Part shown: piece after piece, positions 9,138-23,133 of the stretch
How positions within the stretch are numbered: position 1 is the stretch's first letter
Layout of the letters: each line of letters begins with the position of its first letter
Assembly (NCBI GenBank): GCA_937625935.1
Contig: OW569361.1
Location: forward strand, 1 to 64,000
Direction of reading: 5' to 3'
DNA from: Tetramitus jugosus
Lineage: Eukaryota; Protista; Heterolobosea
Length of the DNA stretch: 64,000 nucleotides
Notes under the pieces: model-generated
Databases searched by the model: none
The model's input: only the letters and a program-made list of their open reading frames with translations
What the model was told of the DNA's origin: nothing
Translations under genes and position numbers: made by a program

Positions 9138-11975
9138 TTAGTTGAGTCTCCGTTTTTGATGTCCCTTAAAGCTCGGTTTGTAGTCTCTCACAACGGTCAC
9201 CTCGACCAATGACTTTAATTTAATCACTGCTGGACCCTTTGCTTGGACTTTCTGACCCTTGATGGCAACACCACCTCTGGGTCCTAATGAAATATTTTGG
9301 GTCCGGTATCCAGTCGCTTTGTATGGTGTCAAAGGCTCTCTGTTCTCCAAGTTTTGAATAATCTTGATGAACGCAGCGGCATGACATCTGGCAACATAGG
9401 CCAACTTCTCCTCTACAGTGTAAGTGATGTCCCCAATTGCAAAAATATGGTCATAGTACTCTGTCTCTGACACAGGACCAAATTGACCATACAAATCCTC
9501 TGGATTTTGTGTTGGAGTGGTCATGGCCGCTATCATTGGCATTAGCTCTGCGACTTTTGCTTCATCAGAGAAATCTTCATCACTAACGTGGGATTTTGAT
9601 TCAATGTTAGGTTCTTCTACTGATGGCTCATCTTGTTGTTGCTTGCTCCATAATTGTTCCAATTCTTCTTGCTCCTTTCTCAACACATCTTCTTGAATGA
9701 CCGCCTGATTCACTGACTTCAGAGCAAAACCCATTGGATCTACATCTACTGCCAATTTATCATTCCAAGAGTATGGTGTTGGTTTCACTCCAGTTCTTTG
9801 TACCTGTAATGTCTCAGGATTCACCTTTACGTATCCTCTGTCAGTCAACGAGTCACCCATGAATCGCTCGAAGCAACTCGTGTTTGGTTGGAAGCCAACA
9901 CAACAAAATACAACATCAGCTTCGAGCTCACCCTTACACAAGTAGTCTTGACTAGCATCTTCGTTAAAACAATACTCAATTGTGTTACCAACAACTTGTG
10001 TTACTCTTCTGTTGAAAAGGAATTGAATATTCTTGTAAGAGGCAAGAGTGGCAAATGCGCTCCAATGTGCTTCCTCAGACAATCTTTCCAACAGGACGTC
10101 ACACTGTGAAATGAGATGAACTTTTTGTGTTTCTCTAGCATGATGGCACAGCTCACCCACAAACTCCAATGCTACTGGACCTCCTCCAATCACAGCAATG
10201 TTTCGAGCACTTCTTATAGCATCAATATGATTGACAATACTAGAGCTAGAATAGGGGTAGATGATTGTGGCATTATTCTTTGGTTCTGTTTCGTTTTTAA
10301 CAATCGGGAATGGATTCCGATAGGAACTACCTGTTCCGACCAACAGGTAATCAAAGGGTACTACTGTGGTCTCAGCTTCCATCTTCTCGTTGTCATCAAT
10401 CCGTTGAACGTGAACTGCATACTCTGAAATATGTTTCGCCATTCCCCTAATGAATTGGCTGTTATTTACACCACCCTGATTGATAGAGGCAATCTCTTCT
10501 GCAATCGATGTTTGTAGCTCTGGTAACTTGTCAGGAACACTAACCAAGTGATGAAAACTGATCATATACTCCCAATTGGCTCTCTTATCAATCACCGTTA
10601 TATCGAATTGATTGGTTGCATGGAGGGCTTTGAAGACAAGGAAAGCTCCCATTCCTCCTCCACCAACAATGACTAGTTTCTTCTTCAAAAGGAAAGTATA
10701 GAGATCCTTCTCAGAGAGCACACTAGAGGTGCTAGAGGTCGTAGTTTGGGAGGCAACTGGACCTATCACCTTCTTATTGAGCATCAATGACGCCAGCTGA
10801 GCCATTTTCTCTCGGCTGTCCTGATCATTCTTGTTAAATTTCAAGTAATCGCACATGTGATCAATCATTGTGGCACCAGAGAATTCTCTCTTGGCTTTTT
10901 GCTCAGCGGCAACTGCTTCGGCAGCAACAGCTGCAGCCTCGACTCCGTCACCACTGTTTCTGCTCTTCATTTTCTTCTTGAGTTGAGCAAATGAATTCTT
11001 GAACCTTGTCCAAAACTTTGTTTTGGTGAGAGGGCTGAATACAAAGGGAATTCCCATCCTGGGGTGCATCAGTTTTTGAAGCATAGGATCCATTTGTTCA
11101 GCTAAAACTCCTTCAGGTAACTCTGATTGTATCCAATCGATACCTCTATTTACAAACTTTGGTTCATCTCTTTCACTCTGGGTGTTGTTTTGACCATCCA
11201 GTTCTTGATCACCAGCGTGTTGACGAAGACTCTTGTAACCAACCTTGTTCATGTAAATGGTACCTTCGACATTCTTCTGTACATACGAGCCAACAAAATC
11301 CTTCCACTCCATCCTTGCCTTCTTCTTAGTCATGAAGTTTAGGAATATTTCAGATCGAACGAACCGTTTGAAACTGTCCAATTGGAGCTCTAGGAACTTT
11401 TGTTCCGAGATGGAGTCAAACAATGACTTTGGACATCGTTCCATGTGGCACTTGGCAACAAATTGTTGAAGAAACTCTTTTCTGGTGTCTAGTGAGATAT
11501 TAATCTCGTATTCACAGCATTCCTTGACCAATGATGATTCTCCAGCGTTTGTTGCACCAACAGTGAAGATATCTCCAATGAATTGTTGAATAATTGTTTT
11601 GGCTCTCATGAATCTGTTGACATGAGATTTCAATTCTCTGAATTGATCAACCGCCTCTACAAACTTTAACAGAGCATATCCACCGTGTATCATCGTCAAA
11701 GGAGCCTGGTCTCTTGTAGTGGTAGTGGTCAGTGAAGTGGATTCCCCTTGTAGAAATTGTTCAAACAATGTACGAGTCTCTTCATCGTCAAACAACTTTT
11801 CCATGGACCAATGTAGCTTGTTCAGTTCGACAACTTGTTGGCCGACACTTGCTTGGTCTTGTTGTTGTTGTTGGCTTGTTGTTGTCGTCCTTGGCGTGGG
11901 TGAGTCTCCAAGTAGACTGTCCTTTGAAGAAGAAGGAATGTGATCCTTGATAGCTAAAACGGTTGTGCTTGCCAT
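9138..11975 (-). CDS. RGS + DEP + AIFM2/FSP1-like NAD(P)H:FAD oxidoreductase fusion
   Basis: RGS motifs (LKFVEAVDQFR, EINIS, DSFKRFVRS) and a DEP-like segment (FSGATMIDHM...LASLMLNKKVI...LYTF). Rossmann motifs VIVGGGGMG, DYLLVGTGS, IGGGPVALE and IFAIGD. Confidence 0.85.
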   Translation of the reverse strand: MASTTVLAIKDHIPSSSKDSLLGDSPTPRTTTTSQQQQQDQASVGQQVVELNKLHWSMEKLFDDEETRTLFEQFLQGESTSLTTTTTRDQAPLTMIHGGYALLKFVEAVDQFRELKSHVNRFMRAKTIIQQFIGDIFTVGATNAGESSLVKECCEYEINISLDTRKEFLQQFVAKCHMERCPKSLFDSISEQKFLELQLDSFKRFVRSEIFLNFMTKKKARMEWKDFVGSYVQKNVEGTIYMNKVGYKSLRQHAGDQELDGQNNTQSERDEPKFVNRGIDWIQSELPEGVLAEQMDPMLQKLMHPRMGIPFVFSPLTKTKFWTRFKNSFAQLKKKMKSRNSGDGVEAAAVAAEAVAAEQKAKREFSGATMIDHMCDYLKFNKNDQDSREKMAQLASLMLNKKVIGPVASQTTTSSTSSVLSEKDLYTFLLKKKLVIVGGGGMGAFLVFKALHATNQFDITVIDKRANWEYMISFHHLVSVPDKLPELQTSIAEEIASINQGGVNNSQFIRGMAKHISEYAVHVQRIDDNEKMEAETTVVPFDYLLVGTGSSYRNPFPIVKNETEPKNNATIIYPYSSSSIVNHIDAIRSARNIAVIGGGPVALEFVGELCHHARETQKVHLISQCDVLLERLSEEAHWSAFATLASYKNIQFLFNRRVTQVVGNTIEYCFNEDASQDYLCKGELEADVVFCCVGFQPNTSCFERFMGDSLTDRGYVKVNPETLQVQRTGVKPTPYSWNDKLAVDVDPMGFALKSVNQAVIQEDVLRKEQEELEQLWSKQQQDEPSVEEPNIESKSHVSDEDFSDEAKVAELMPMIAAMTTPTQNPEDLYGQFGPVSETEYYDHIFAIGDITYTVEEKLAYVARCHAAAFIKIIQNLENREPLTPYKATGYRTQNISLGPRGGVAIKGQKVQAKGPAVIKLKSLVEVTVVRDYKPSFKGHQKRRLN

Positions 11976-12404
11976 TGTGATGATTGTGTGATTTCGTTTC
12001 TAAAGTGTTGAGTTTGTTTGGGGCACCTTGGATATTGCGTTGCGTGGTTTCTCTTTTATAATATTCTCCCAATCATCAATCATACCTTGAATTTGCCAGT
12101 AGAAAGCCGCATGGGAAAATTTCAAGCGACCTGGCCTATCAATACCCCTGTATTTCCAAAGGTGGGCTTAGCAGATTGTCATCTGTCATCATGAATGTCG
12201 TCATAAGTTTTGCTGACATTCTAGCGATGCGTTGTGTGAACAAAAAATCTGAATATCCCGAAGCAAACACCAAAAGCGTAACCACTCCGAAAATTTGCGC
12301 AAACCAAAGGGTCATTTCACATGGGGCGTTTTATGTGTCGAAGGGAATTGATGACATAATCAATGTGCGAATCGCACAGTCCAACGGTTTCTCAAGATGT
12401 GATC

Positions 12405-15040
12405 TTACAACGGAACCATCCTTTTCTTGCTTGCTTGCTTTTTTCTCTTCTGTTTCTCATGCATCTTCTTTTGGTCCGTGCCCTTGTGTGTGCTTTGGTC
12501 AGAAGATACTCTTGGTGTTGTATCTTGGGCGCTAGAAGACTCTGATGAGGCAGATTGAGCTGTAGTGGCATTTTTGCGACTTGGGTCCAATGTCTTGTTG
12601 GCTTTGGTGCTGCTTGAGTCTTTGTTGATATTTGATATGTCCGCAGCAGGAGTTTTCGGCTGTTTCTTTTCGACAGGAGGAATGATAGCTCGGTCTTTCG
12701 CCTTATCGGCTGATTGTGGTGGAATGTGTGGTTTCGATGAAGTGGACAAACTACCTGAGGAGTTATTGCTGCGTGTTTGACCCTTCTTGGTTGTCTGAGC
12801 GGGTTTGTTTGACGGTTGGTTGCTCGGTTGCTTAGCTTTGGTTGCGGAGCGATTGATATCTCTGGTGGTGTCAGAATCCAGTTGTGCTAATATTGGAGCA
12901 TCATCTGATGCCATGTCATCATCACCCAGTTGCAAGATATTGTCATAGGAGTCATCGTATTCATCATCGTACATGTAATTTTCTACAATACGTTGTCTGA
13001 GACCTTCGTCAATAACATCTATCGATTCTCGTCGATTCTTCTTACCAATGTAGACTTGAACCTTGTCTGATTTTCCAAATAGAATGGCTTCTTCCCAAAC
13101 AGCAGGAGAAACTACGTCAGTGTTCGTTGGGGTCTGTACGTTACTGATTTCAGATGGGTGCACAGGTTCATTCTTCACAAGTGATAGCACGTTGACCCTG
13201 CGATGTTGTGCTCGGTGACTCAGCTGTCTATCCATTCGCATCAGATACTTTGGTAGCTTTTCATTCAAGATTGCCTCGGTCATCTTTTGCGTATTGAACT
13301 GATAGTGATCCAAACACATCAGCAAAAATCCGTTACCGTAATCTGGGAAGATTTCCTTCACGGTAATAAGTGCTTCCATTTCATCATCGTCAAGTTGTTC
13401 TTGTATTTGTTGCGAGTTATCAATGCCACACTTCTCTGCCTGAGCAGCTAACTTGGCCCGCAATGATTTCATTGATGATTTAATCTCTTGATTCTCGGAG
13501 TAGTCTTCAATGTCACGAAGTGCCTGTTGAAGTTGGAATAGCTTGTCATAGTCAACAATTAGGATTGGTGTATTCCGAATAGAGTTTGCATTCACAATTA
13601 ATTTCGACAGTAACGAAATAAAAGAGTTCAACAATTGATCAACTGACAGTCCACCTCTAGATTTTTCGTATATCGTTTGAATTTGATCCATATTCTCAGT
13701 GCTATCATTAATGGAGAGAGATTTGAAGTATTTTCCATAAAACTTTGTCAATGAGTCGTTATCCTCTGTCGTTTCCAAAAAGGGATCAATAAAACATTCT
13801 GTGAACACTGTTTGATGAATTGAGAGAATGTTGAGTTTGATTTGGTTCAGTTGAAAACGAATGATTTCTGACTGCCTATTCACAAACTCAATATCCTCCT
13901 TGTTCGTGTGTTTTGATAAATCTGACATGAGCGAATCAACTTGGCCTTCAATCGAATTACTTGTTCGTTCATACAAGGTAGTCAATAGTTGTAGAATATC
14001 CTTGCTGTCCAATAACCGTACAAAGGCAAATGATGCAAACGGCACGACATCAACAAGAGATCGGATCGTAAATGATATGTCATACAGGTAATGAGCTGAA
14101 TCGTTCAAATGCCTAAACAGAGCTCGAATTGACTTCTTCTTTGCATCACCACCTTCGATTCGATCACACTCTTCAATCAATGACACCAACGGTTCGTACA
14201 TTAATGTGAAGCATGCATTCACATCATCCAAATACTCTGGACACATAATAAGCAATCGACTAAACAATCTTCGCGTCATATTAATGTTACTGTATCCATA
14301 CAATGCACAAATATCCAATAGTTTTGGTACTGTGATCAATTCATTCTTCTTCATCAATTGTCCGTGAGAATGCTTGTCAGAGTCTTGCTTGATTCGATCA
14401 TTGACCATTCTCCAAAAAATCATAAACACTCTCCTGTACATCAAGCTTTCTAACTTTCCAATGATTGACATGTCATCCAATTCATTTTCATCTTCTTCTT
14501 CATCCTGACTCGCACTACCCATAAGAGTCTCATCCACATCAGCATCATTGTCATTCATGATGGCATGAGTATCGAACGGACGATTCGCATTTCTATTCAA
14601 CCATTTTTCAATCAACAAAACACCACACAACAACCAACCAATAACAACAACAACAAAAGGAAAAGAATACAACGTCGTGTCAGACACATGATTCAACAAC
14701 AACAACACATGGTTGTTTTTTTTGTTTGAGACTCAAAAATCACTCCACATGCAACCAACAACATTATAATGCTTACAAAAATGCACACATACTTTAAGTA
14801 AGTTTCTAAAAAAATGAGAATGGAAGGATCTCTGAACACCAACATCCAAAACTTGTGATTCTTGCATGTCAATAGCTTATGGAGATCTCTGTTTTGAAAC
14901 TTTAAAATTTCTTCTCTCTGTAGTCGCTTATCTTGACTCAATAGAGAATCGTGTGAGGGAACATAGGGCAGCATATTGATGGCTGATTTTGAGGCATCAT
15001 ACTCATGAAACATGGTATTGATAGTGATAGCGATACTCAT
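12405..15040 (-). CDS. ASCC2: Activating signal cointegrator 1 complex subunit 2 (CUE domain), 2 exons
   Basis: Exon 15040-14793, GT-AG intron 14792-14593, joining YLK-NANRPFD. Also VPKLLDICALYG, CUE motif VKEIFPDYGNGF and YDDEYDDSYD. Confidence 0.85.
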
Positions 15041-15285
15041 GATGATTTTTTTGGATGGAAAATAATATTAGAGTTTTGTTGTTGTTAATTTGTATTGTTT
15101 CTGTGTGTGTTTGAGAAAAACGTGATTCAAGATCAGAATTCATTCTCTGGTCGAGTGTCGGGGCAAAAAAAATTCCAAAAGTTTGTTCACGCAAACAGAG
15201 AACTACAAACTCCAAGTGAAAGTTGGTTCGTCATTGGTGTGGCGGAGAAAAATTACACCTCTTGGTTAGCGCTTCGTCACAGACA

Positions 15286-16710
15286 ATGATTCATGATTTG
15301 CCAGTGGATGTTCAAATTCACATCCTATCTTTTGTGAATTTGTCTTCAGCTTTGAATTGGTCATGCATCAACCGTGAAACCTATCATGAGTTGATACCCT
15401 TATCCTCATCACCTCCACTACTACCGTTATCATCATCATCATTTTCTTCTTCTTCTTTTTCTTTTTCTCCGACTACGCGTCATCATCATGACCAAGCAAC
15501 CATTCGTTTATGGCTTCCACTCATTCAAATGAAAATTTGTCAAATCATTTTTTGTTTCTGTTTGCCTATACAGACACCTGATCACGTGGTTCAACAACAT
15601 TGCAGTGTGATGGTGAATGATGAGGCTGGAAATGGTCAGAGTAGCTACAGTAGTACGACTACTCCTACGACTCCTACGACTGCTTCTTCTGTCATGACAA
15701 AAGAGAAGCGTCAACGATCCTTTTTGCACAATCTGTATCATCAACAGATGAAACATGAGATTGACAAGAATATGCAAAGAAAGGCAATTCATCGAGCACT
15801 GGTTCAATTGTCGAAACAATGCACAAGAATATCCATTGATTATGAGTTGAATTTCAGAGGATTGGTGAACATGAGAAACATGGGCATGTTTGCAATGTTG
15901 CCTGGCTCTGTTTACGAGTGGAGTATTGTAATACATGAGAGTGGGTTTCATGAGAAGGGAGTGGCACTTGTTGGAGTGGAGACTGATCATTTTAATTTTG
16001 GTGACATGGTCATTGGGAATAAGATTGGTGGATTGGGAAGCTATGGTTTGTGCTTTGATCTAGATCGTTGGTGTTTTATGATGTCTGGGAAGCGTATCAA
16101 ACCATATTCAAACACGAGCGATAACGATAGCGATGATAGCTATGATGACAAACATGTTGTGGTGAATAATGCACCCGAGTTAAACAATGGAGATGTGATC
16201 ACAGTTCGATTTGATATGCGGGCTAGTTCTGAGAGGAATGACCGTATCCTAGCAGATGTGTTGGGAATAATGGACGGTCGTGCCGCACGAAACAGTGACA
16301 AAGTAAAAGATGAACATGATTCAATCTTACGGCAGTTTCATCTCATTGAAACACTAGGCGCAAATTTTCAAATTTATCTCAATCAGAGTCTCATTGGGAT
16401 CGTGCCATGTATCATTGGACAACGATTTCACGCGGCCATCAGTACAAATGGGTTTCGATTGAGAGATTTCAGTGTACAACCAGCATCTAGAACCTCTAAA
16501 AAGAGGGCACCGATTTTGGATGACGATGTAATCACAAAGCAACACTTTGATCACTTTGTACGGAAATATGGTCAAACATTGCAATCGGATGTGTTTCAAA
16601 ACGCTGAAAATAATGAGAGCATGCTGCACTGTCTCACGGCAACCAACAATGATATGGAAAAAGCGGTGCTTGTCCTATTGGCGGACAGGATGAAACGCAA
16701 ATTTCATTAG
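15286..16710 (+). CDS. F-box protein with SPRY-like and C-terminal UBA-like regions
   Basis: F-box MIHDLPVDVQIHILSF..WSCINR, SPRY-like YEWSIVI..VGV..GDVITVRFD, and C-terminal LTATNNDMEKAV. Confidence 0.65.
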   Translation: MIHDLPVDVQIHILSFVNLSSALNWSCINRETYHELIPLSSSPPLLPLSSSSFSSSSFSFSPTTRHHHDQATIRLWLPLIQMKICQIIFCFCLPIQTPDHVVQQHCSVMVNDEAGNGQSSYSSTTTPTTPTTASSVMTKEKRQRSFLHNLYHQQMKHEIDKNMQRKAIHRALVQLSKQCTRISIDYELNFRGLVNMRNMGMFAMLPGSVYEWSIVIHESGFHEKGVALVGVETDHFNFGDMVIGNKIGGLGSYGLCFDLDRWCFMMSGKRIKPYSNTSDNDSDDSYDDKHVVVNNAPELNNGDVITVRFDMRASSERNDRILADVLGIMDGRAARNSDKVKDEHDSILRQFHLIETLGANFQIYLNQSLIGIVPCIIGQRFHAAISTNGFRLRDFSVQPASRTSKKRAPILDDDVITKQHFDHFVRKYGQTLQSDVFQNAENNESMLHCLTATNNDMEKAVLVLLADRMKRKFH

Positions 16711-16729
16711 GGATGATCCAAGTGTTGAT

Positions 16730-19700
16730 TTATTTCTTCGTAACGTACGCATCAAAGTTAATTTGTAGCTTCTGATGCTTGGGTGCAGATTTGGCAACAG
16801 GCTTGATGTTCTTCTCCTTGCTCCTTCGAACCTCTTGTTGTATTTCTGCTATGACACCCGATGGCAGTGATCGAACAACTTGGGTAAATTGTTCGGTCGA
16901 TAGCGCAACCCTTTCTAGGCACTGGACAGCTAATTTATGAATCTTGTCCAAATTCTCCTTTCGCTTCTCATCTTGTGAGAGAGAAGAAGAGAGGCTTGTC
17001 ACAGTTCGTAACAAACTAACAAGCAATGGAATCATGACGAATAAATAGGATGTCTTCTTTGATAGTTCTGTCAACGAATATCCAGCGAGGAGAATGTTCA
17101 ATCCTGCAGGTATAATCGCTAGAATGAGTTGGGATTCTTCACCATCTTCTACTGCAGGAGACACGCTCATTGTTCTATCAAACTGATCATTGGTAATGCG
17201 TCCGGAATTAAACAGACGCAATAAATAACAGGACACAGGTCCGCTCAATTGACTAAAGTAAAACAAAGCTAACTCTGAGCCAACATTTGTCTTTGCCAAT
17301 CGAAGCAAACCATTTTGGAGACCCGTCAGTATCCAACTTAATTTTCTTACGTTGTTTGAGTCAGTTAGACAGCGTGAATCAGAGAGAACCTCCAAAAAGG
17401 CTGATGTAACAGAGTCATGGATTGCAGCAAGTTGAGCCAGCTGAATATTTGTTGAGGATGAGCTGGATGCCTTTTGAATACAGGCCAAACACACAAACAA
17501 CAGCTCAATTTCTAAGGAAGTTGTCAATTTGAAATCTCGGATCCGAATGAGTAGATTATCAATTGCCGATTCAAATGCTAGAATCCAAACAGAGATTTCA
17601 TCTAGGGTAGAAATGGACGTTACTTTCACCTCCAACTCCATCATAGCCATGGCGACATCGAGGCATGAACTCGATCTCGTGTATTGCAAAATTCTGCACA
17701 ACGAATAGAGAATTGTAGTAATACTAGCACCGTTCACACTTTCCTTAAATCTTTCTACAATGGTCTTCAGACAGCTCATACATTGTCTCACAAGTTTTGC
17801 TTGCTCCTTGGTTATTGGAATAGGTCTATTTTGTTCGCTGTCTTGTTCAAATAAAGTTGGGAAATGCAAACGAATAGGCTTGAGACAAACCTCGATACTT
17901 GTAGTAACAATGGCTTGGGTCGATATTCTATCTCCTGATCCTGAGAGCAATGTTGCATCGATATCATGCACAATCGTGTTTAACAATTTTAGACATGCAT
18001 ACTGTAATCCCAAATCTCTTGCTTGTGTTTTGCTCAACAGCAAGAATAACTCGAATGCAATACCTGGCGCAAATGGAAGTTGCTTGAATTGATCAGAAGA
18101 TACCATTCGGGTGACTGAGTGAATGCATGAAAGTATGATGGGCATCGTTTGATCGTTGATCTTGTTTTCATAGAGAGCACGCACCGCAATACCCATTACT
18201 AGTGAAATATCAAAATTATACGCGAAACTCTCCACGGATTCGTTATTCTTCGCACTGGCTTTCCATAATGCATACTTGCGGGAACTCAATCGAGTAATAG
18301 CATTAATAATAGAAGGATAAGCACGACGGAAATAATCAAATACAGAACTTTCCGTTCCTTCGTCCAAGAATGTACCTCGATACACAATAATACTAGGAGT
18401 TGCTTTGGTAGGGTCTTCATCAATTGGTACATATTCCACTTGGGAGTCATCCAAAACCACGCTTATGTGACCATAGTCTCGCAGAAGCTTCTCCCATGAA
18501 TCGAACAGATTAGGGAAATGTGGCTCGAGAATATTCAATAAATTCGTGTTCTTTGATTCATCAGCAGTGTTATAAATTGTAGCGAGTGATGCTAGAACTG
18601 CCACACGAATCATTGTAGCGGCTATCTCTCCATATTGGTTAGTGTTCAAATCAGATGATAGTACCTCAGTGAGGAAACTGCACATGCGGGTCATCTGACT
18701 GGGTTGGTTTGCAATGATGCGAGATGGAATGTACAATGAAGCAAGCTGGCAAGCTGCATAGGACAACATGGGTGGATTCTTTGGCTCGAATCCAAGGGAA
18801 ATTGCTGTTCCAAATCGAGTATCATGAATTTGTAGGATGCTGTCCTCTGGCGCCTCAGGGTCTGCAGTGAGCTCAAACACCTTGATGAGTGTCAAGAGAA
18901 TATGAAGACCGTAGTACTTCATAGAAAATGTTCCCTTGGATAATGCGATTGAACAAGTGTTGATAATTTGGCCTAGATGCTGAACTAAATAATCGTTGGA
19001 ATCATATTCAATCTTTGCAGTTGTATGCTCTGCGGATGTACTGTAGGTGTTCACAAGTTCATCCAAACACTTCATAGCAAACACCTTGACTTGCCAACTG
19101 AATGTTTCGTTTGATGACGTCACAGTCGCTCCCTTTTCAGCATCATCCGTGTCAGAAATCAGGCCTCCTTCAAATGAACTCGAAGACCCTCTTCTTGACT
19201 CACAAGCAACGATTTGAGATATCGTTGTTACCCAATCGCTCGGTGAGTAACTTCGAGTTTGAATCATCAGTGATATAATCTGTTTAATATCCTGAGCGCA
19301 ATCTTCTCCCTCGACCTCATGATTAAACTGATCCAATATCTGGAAAAGCATTTTTGGTTGGAACACGCCACACACCAATTCCATTTCCTTCTCAGCAATG
19401 AGCTTAATACAATTTGCAGATATTTTCTTCAACTCGGAATGACTTGGCGCATCAATCAAAAATTGTTTCACCTTAACAAGAACATCTTGCAAGTTCGGTA
19501 TCAACATTGGAGCCAACAAAATAGATCTCTTAACCAACCGAGTTGCCTCGATTTGGACGGGAGCGATATCACTTGATAAGATATCATGAACCAAAAGCTT
19601 GAACACGTCACCAAACTGTGGTTTAAAGATTACATCAGGACCCAAAGCGATGAGCGCATAAAGAATACGAGCATATCCCAGAAGTATGTATTTGTCGTCT

Positions 19701-22700
19701 TCTTTGTTCAACTTCTGCTCGGCAGAAGTTCCTATAATAGGTGTGAAAAATAGAGTCACCATGTGCTGCAAGACTGAATCCACATGAGCAACGAGTCCAA
19801 TTCCCGAAGTTTCAATCGTATTCCATATCGACTGCATGGCACCTAATTGAGTGATGGTTGACTGCGATTTAGACATTGCAAGCAAGTATGAAATAGTTTG
19901 TGGCAGGTGATTTCTAGAATTGAGAGATCCTAATGCCTTGTTCACATCACCAAACGCAAGAGCATAACCAGATTTGGCAGGTCCCTCTTTGATGATTTTT
20001 GATGCACATCTTTTAAGAATGTCTTCCATAATTGCGGTACCAAGCAAATCCGCAAGAAGTGCAATCGCATAGGAAGCACCTCTTCTGATCGTCAATGATT
20101 CATGGCCAATTCCAGCATTCAAAATATTATTAATATTTGTGTAGTATGTCTTATCTGCTTCATCAGATTGCGCCTGTTTTTTCTTAATTTGACTCAAGAT
20201 GCAATACAAACTAGCAACGACGTTACTAAACACTATGTTGCTGAGCTTTTCGTCGTCTGGAGTGTCGTAGGTTGTCTTGATGTGTCCAATAAAGTATTCA
20301 ATGATCTGATTCTTGGATTGAGGCTTATGATATGTGAACAATACACCCAGCAACTTGATAGCAGAATCGACCAAGCGAACATTGAGTGACAAAGGCTTTT
20401 CAAAGAACGACTCATTCGAAGTATCTAGTACACAGGATGAATCCGGTTCAACTGTAAATTCTTGGAACTGTGAATGCTCTTGAGTGAAAAAGTACCGTTG
20501 TCCGTTTTTGGAGAAGAAGCGCATCTTTTCCTCAATCAACACATCGAACAAGTCAGGAGCAAACATTTCATTCTCTTGACCCTTGTCTGCATTACCTAAC
20601 ACTAGTGTGTGCAACAATGAAGTTTCTACTCCGTTGTGAGTTCCATCAATTTCAGCAAATGCCAATTTTGTTACAAAATTGACAACATTCTTCTGCTGTG
20701 GCTTTTCAAAAATGTTTGGTGGCAACTTGCGCACCATTTCAAATAAATAGAGTTTCAATAAATTAATCGAAAATAGAGAGGAGGAAGAAGCAGGCTTGTA
20801 GTGTGATGGAAGTGTCGACAGTAGTTTGATCATATTGGCAAAGTAATTGTAGATTCGACTTTTCATGTCGGACGTCATTAGCGATGAACATGAACTCATG
20901 AACATGTTAAGCGATAAGATAGATGCTGCCTTCGCTCGCAAGGTACTCGCCACCAGCTCATCATCAGCTGGCAACTTTGTGATTACTTTAGCTCCCATCG
21001 ATTGATCCCACAGGTCGATGATTTTTTCGAGGTTAATCTTAACCCAATGATCACTTAATGACAAAATCGCACACACGAGAATCCATCGTGCCTCTTGTCT
21101 TCTCATATTAACATAGCTCGACATTGTTGCATTGTGTTGTCCCAATAGAACAGCAGTATCGAGAACAGCAGAACATAGCACATGAGAAACTGCTAAATCA
21201 TGTCTGGTTGAAATAAATATTAATGCTGCCAAAGAGTTTGAGTGTCCATGCAGAGAGTTAGCGAATTGATGTTGTTCCTGTGGATTCGTACACATGGCCA
21301 GCTCTGCGTGATCCATTTGTACCATATTCATGAGAGCGCTAATCAATGAGGTTGTGTGAGTCGGAATCGCTGCAGCAAGCGTACGTGTACACAATGCACC
21401 AGCATATCTCACATAATCACTCGAGTGACGCAAGCAAATCAGAATAGCTTCTAATACTTGATCACGAATAATCTCAACAATTTCTCCAAGAACATTAATG
21501 AGAGCAGCAATCTCTCTGATCAAACACATCATTGCATACTGATTGGATGAATATCTCTCGAGAATTCTAATGAGCTCTCTCAGTGTAGTCATTCTACCTG
21601 ATTCGTCCAATCTATTTACAATACCCATTCTGAGCATTTGACCCACATACATTTGGGCCTGTAATAAATCACTAGATGTGACATATGCTTTCACATTACC
21701 CAACAGACCAATCAAATTGCTGACAATTAGTTCAATATTCTCTTCAATAGTTTCATTCGAGCATTGACTGAGGAAATGTATCACAGAAGTACATATGGAT
21801 TCTCTCAAGTGCTTAGAAGCGCCCACTGTACGAAAAAACAACCAAAAACATGATGTTTGTCATTAGCACATGCGAACAAAATTATACAAATCATGAATTG
21901 CGCATCACAATACACACCTTTTGAAAATGGATTGGTCAATATAATGAGAGAGAACCCACAAGTGAAAATACGAGTCGACGAATTCTTCTTTGTCACTTCA
22001 GCAATCATATTATCTGGTGTAATAACTCTGTACAATGCTTCACCAGTAGCCGATCCAAAAGCAGTCTTCACACCAGAATCAGAATCGTCCATTGACTTTG
22101 CACAAAATGCCAAAAAGATGTCAAATTGTTTGTTTTGTGTCAATGGTGGGTTGAGTCTTGAAGCAATCGCCATGCATAATTCACCTGCTTCCTGTCGCAC
22201 TTCATTCGCTCTTTCGACTTGTCCTCTCTGCGCCATCTTTAAAAACTCTGCCCAATCAGCGATAATACTCTTGTTGTAACGTGCGTAGGCACTTGTGACC
22301 GATAAGACTGCAACCTTGATTCCATCACTGTAAATCTTCCATAATTTGACTAGTGTAGGCAATAGAGTGGAAAATGGTGGCATGAGGTGACAGGCCACGG
22401 AAGCTAACGTTGCAATCGCATACATCAAACCACTTTAAACACAATCAAACAAAATTAAAATTCAAAGTTTAAATGTTTTCGCTCTCCTCCAAAAAAAACA
22501 CAAGCACACACATCAGGTGCAAAGCTAAACAACAACAACAACATCAAAAACAACATACATAATTTGAGGATAACCTGAAGCATCTCTTACAGTGTTCGTC
22601 TGTGCATCCAATGCATTAATCAATCTTGATGCTGCCTTTGTAACCATTTGACTATTGATTTGATACAGTTTTTTCATACTTTGATGAATGGCTCTTCGAA

Positions 22701-23133
22701 TCGTTAACACATCAACAGGAGTCACAAAAGTAGAAAGTAACGCCTTGAACAATGCTGTTTCCACCTTGTTCACATCCACTGTTCCTGATGATGACGATGA
22801 TGATGATTTTGTTGTGGATAAAAAATGATTCAAATGATCATCCAATGATGTCAATAAAACCAACGCCTTCTTATTCACATCGTGTCTCGTAATGGTAGAA
22901 CCATGTTTCTTCTTATCAATTCCCTTTGAAAATTCATCAATCATTCGAATCAATGAATCAGAAGCTGCATTGGCACTAGAGTGTTCTTGAGATGATGTGC
23001 TCATGATCCATTTGGTCATTGAATCATTACTACTTGTTGTTGTTGTTGGTGATGATGATGATGATGATGATGCATTGTTGGTACTAGTGCGTACTCCTCT
23101 GATGGAGGATGATGGTACATTTGTGTTTGACAT
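16730..23133 (-). CDS. HEATR5: HEAT repeat protein 5 (HEATR5/Laa1/SWEETIE-like), 3 exons
   Basis: ORFs 22525-23133, 21805-22428 and 16730-21841 are linked by GT-AG introns into about 2000 aa of HEAT repeats. Motifs SLHGHSNSLAAL, SGYALAFG and DPEAPEDSILQ. Confidence 0.75.
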
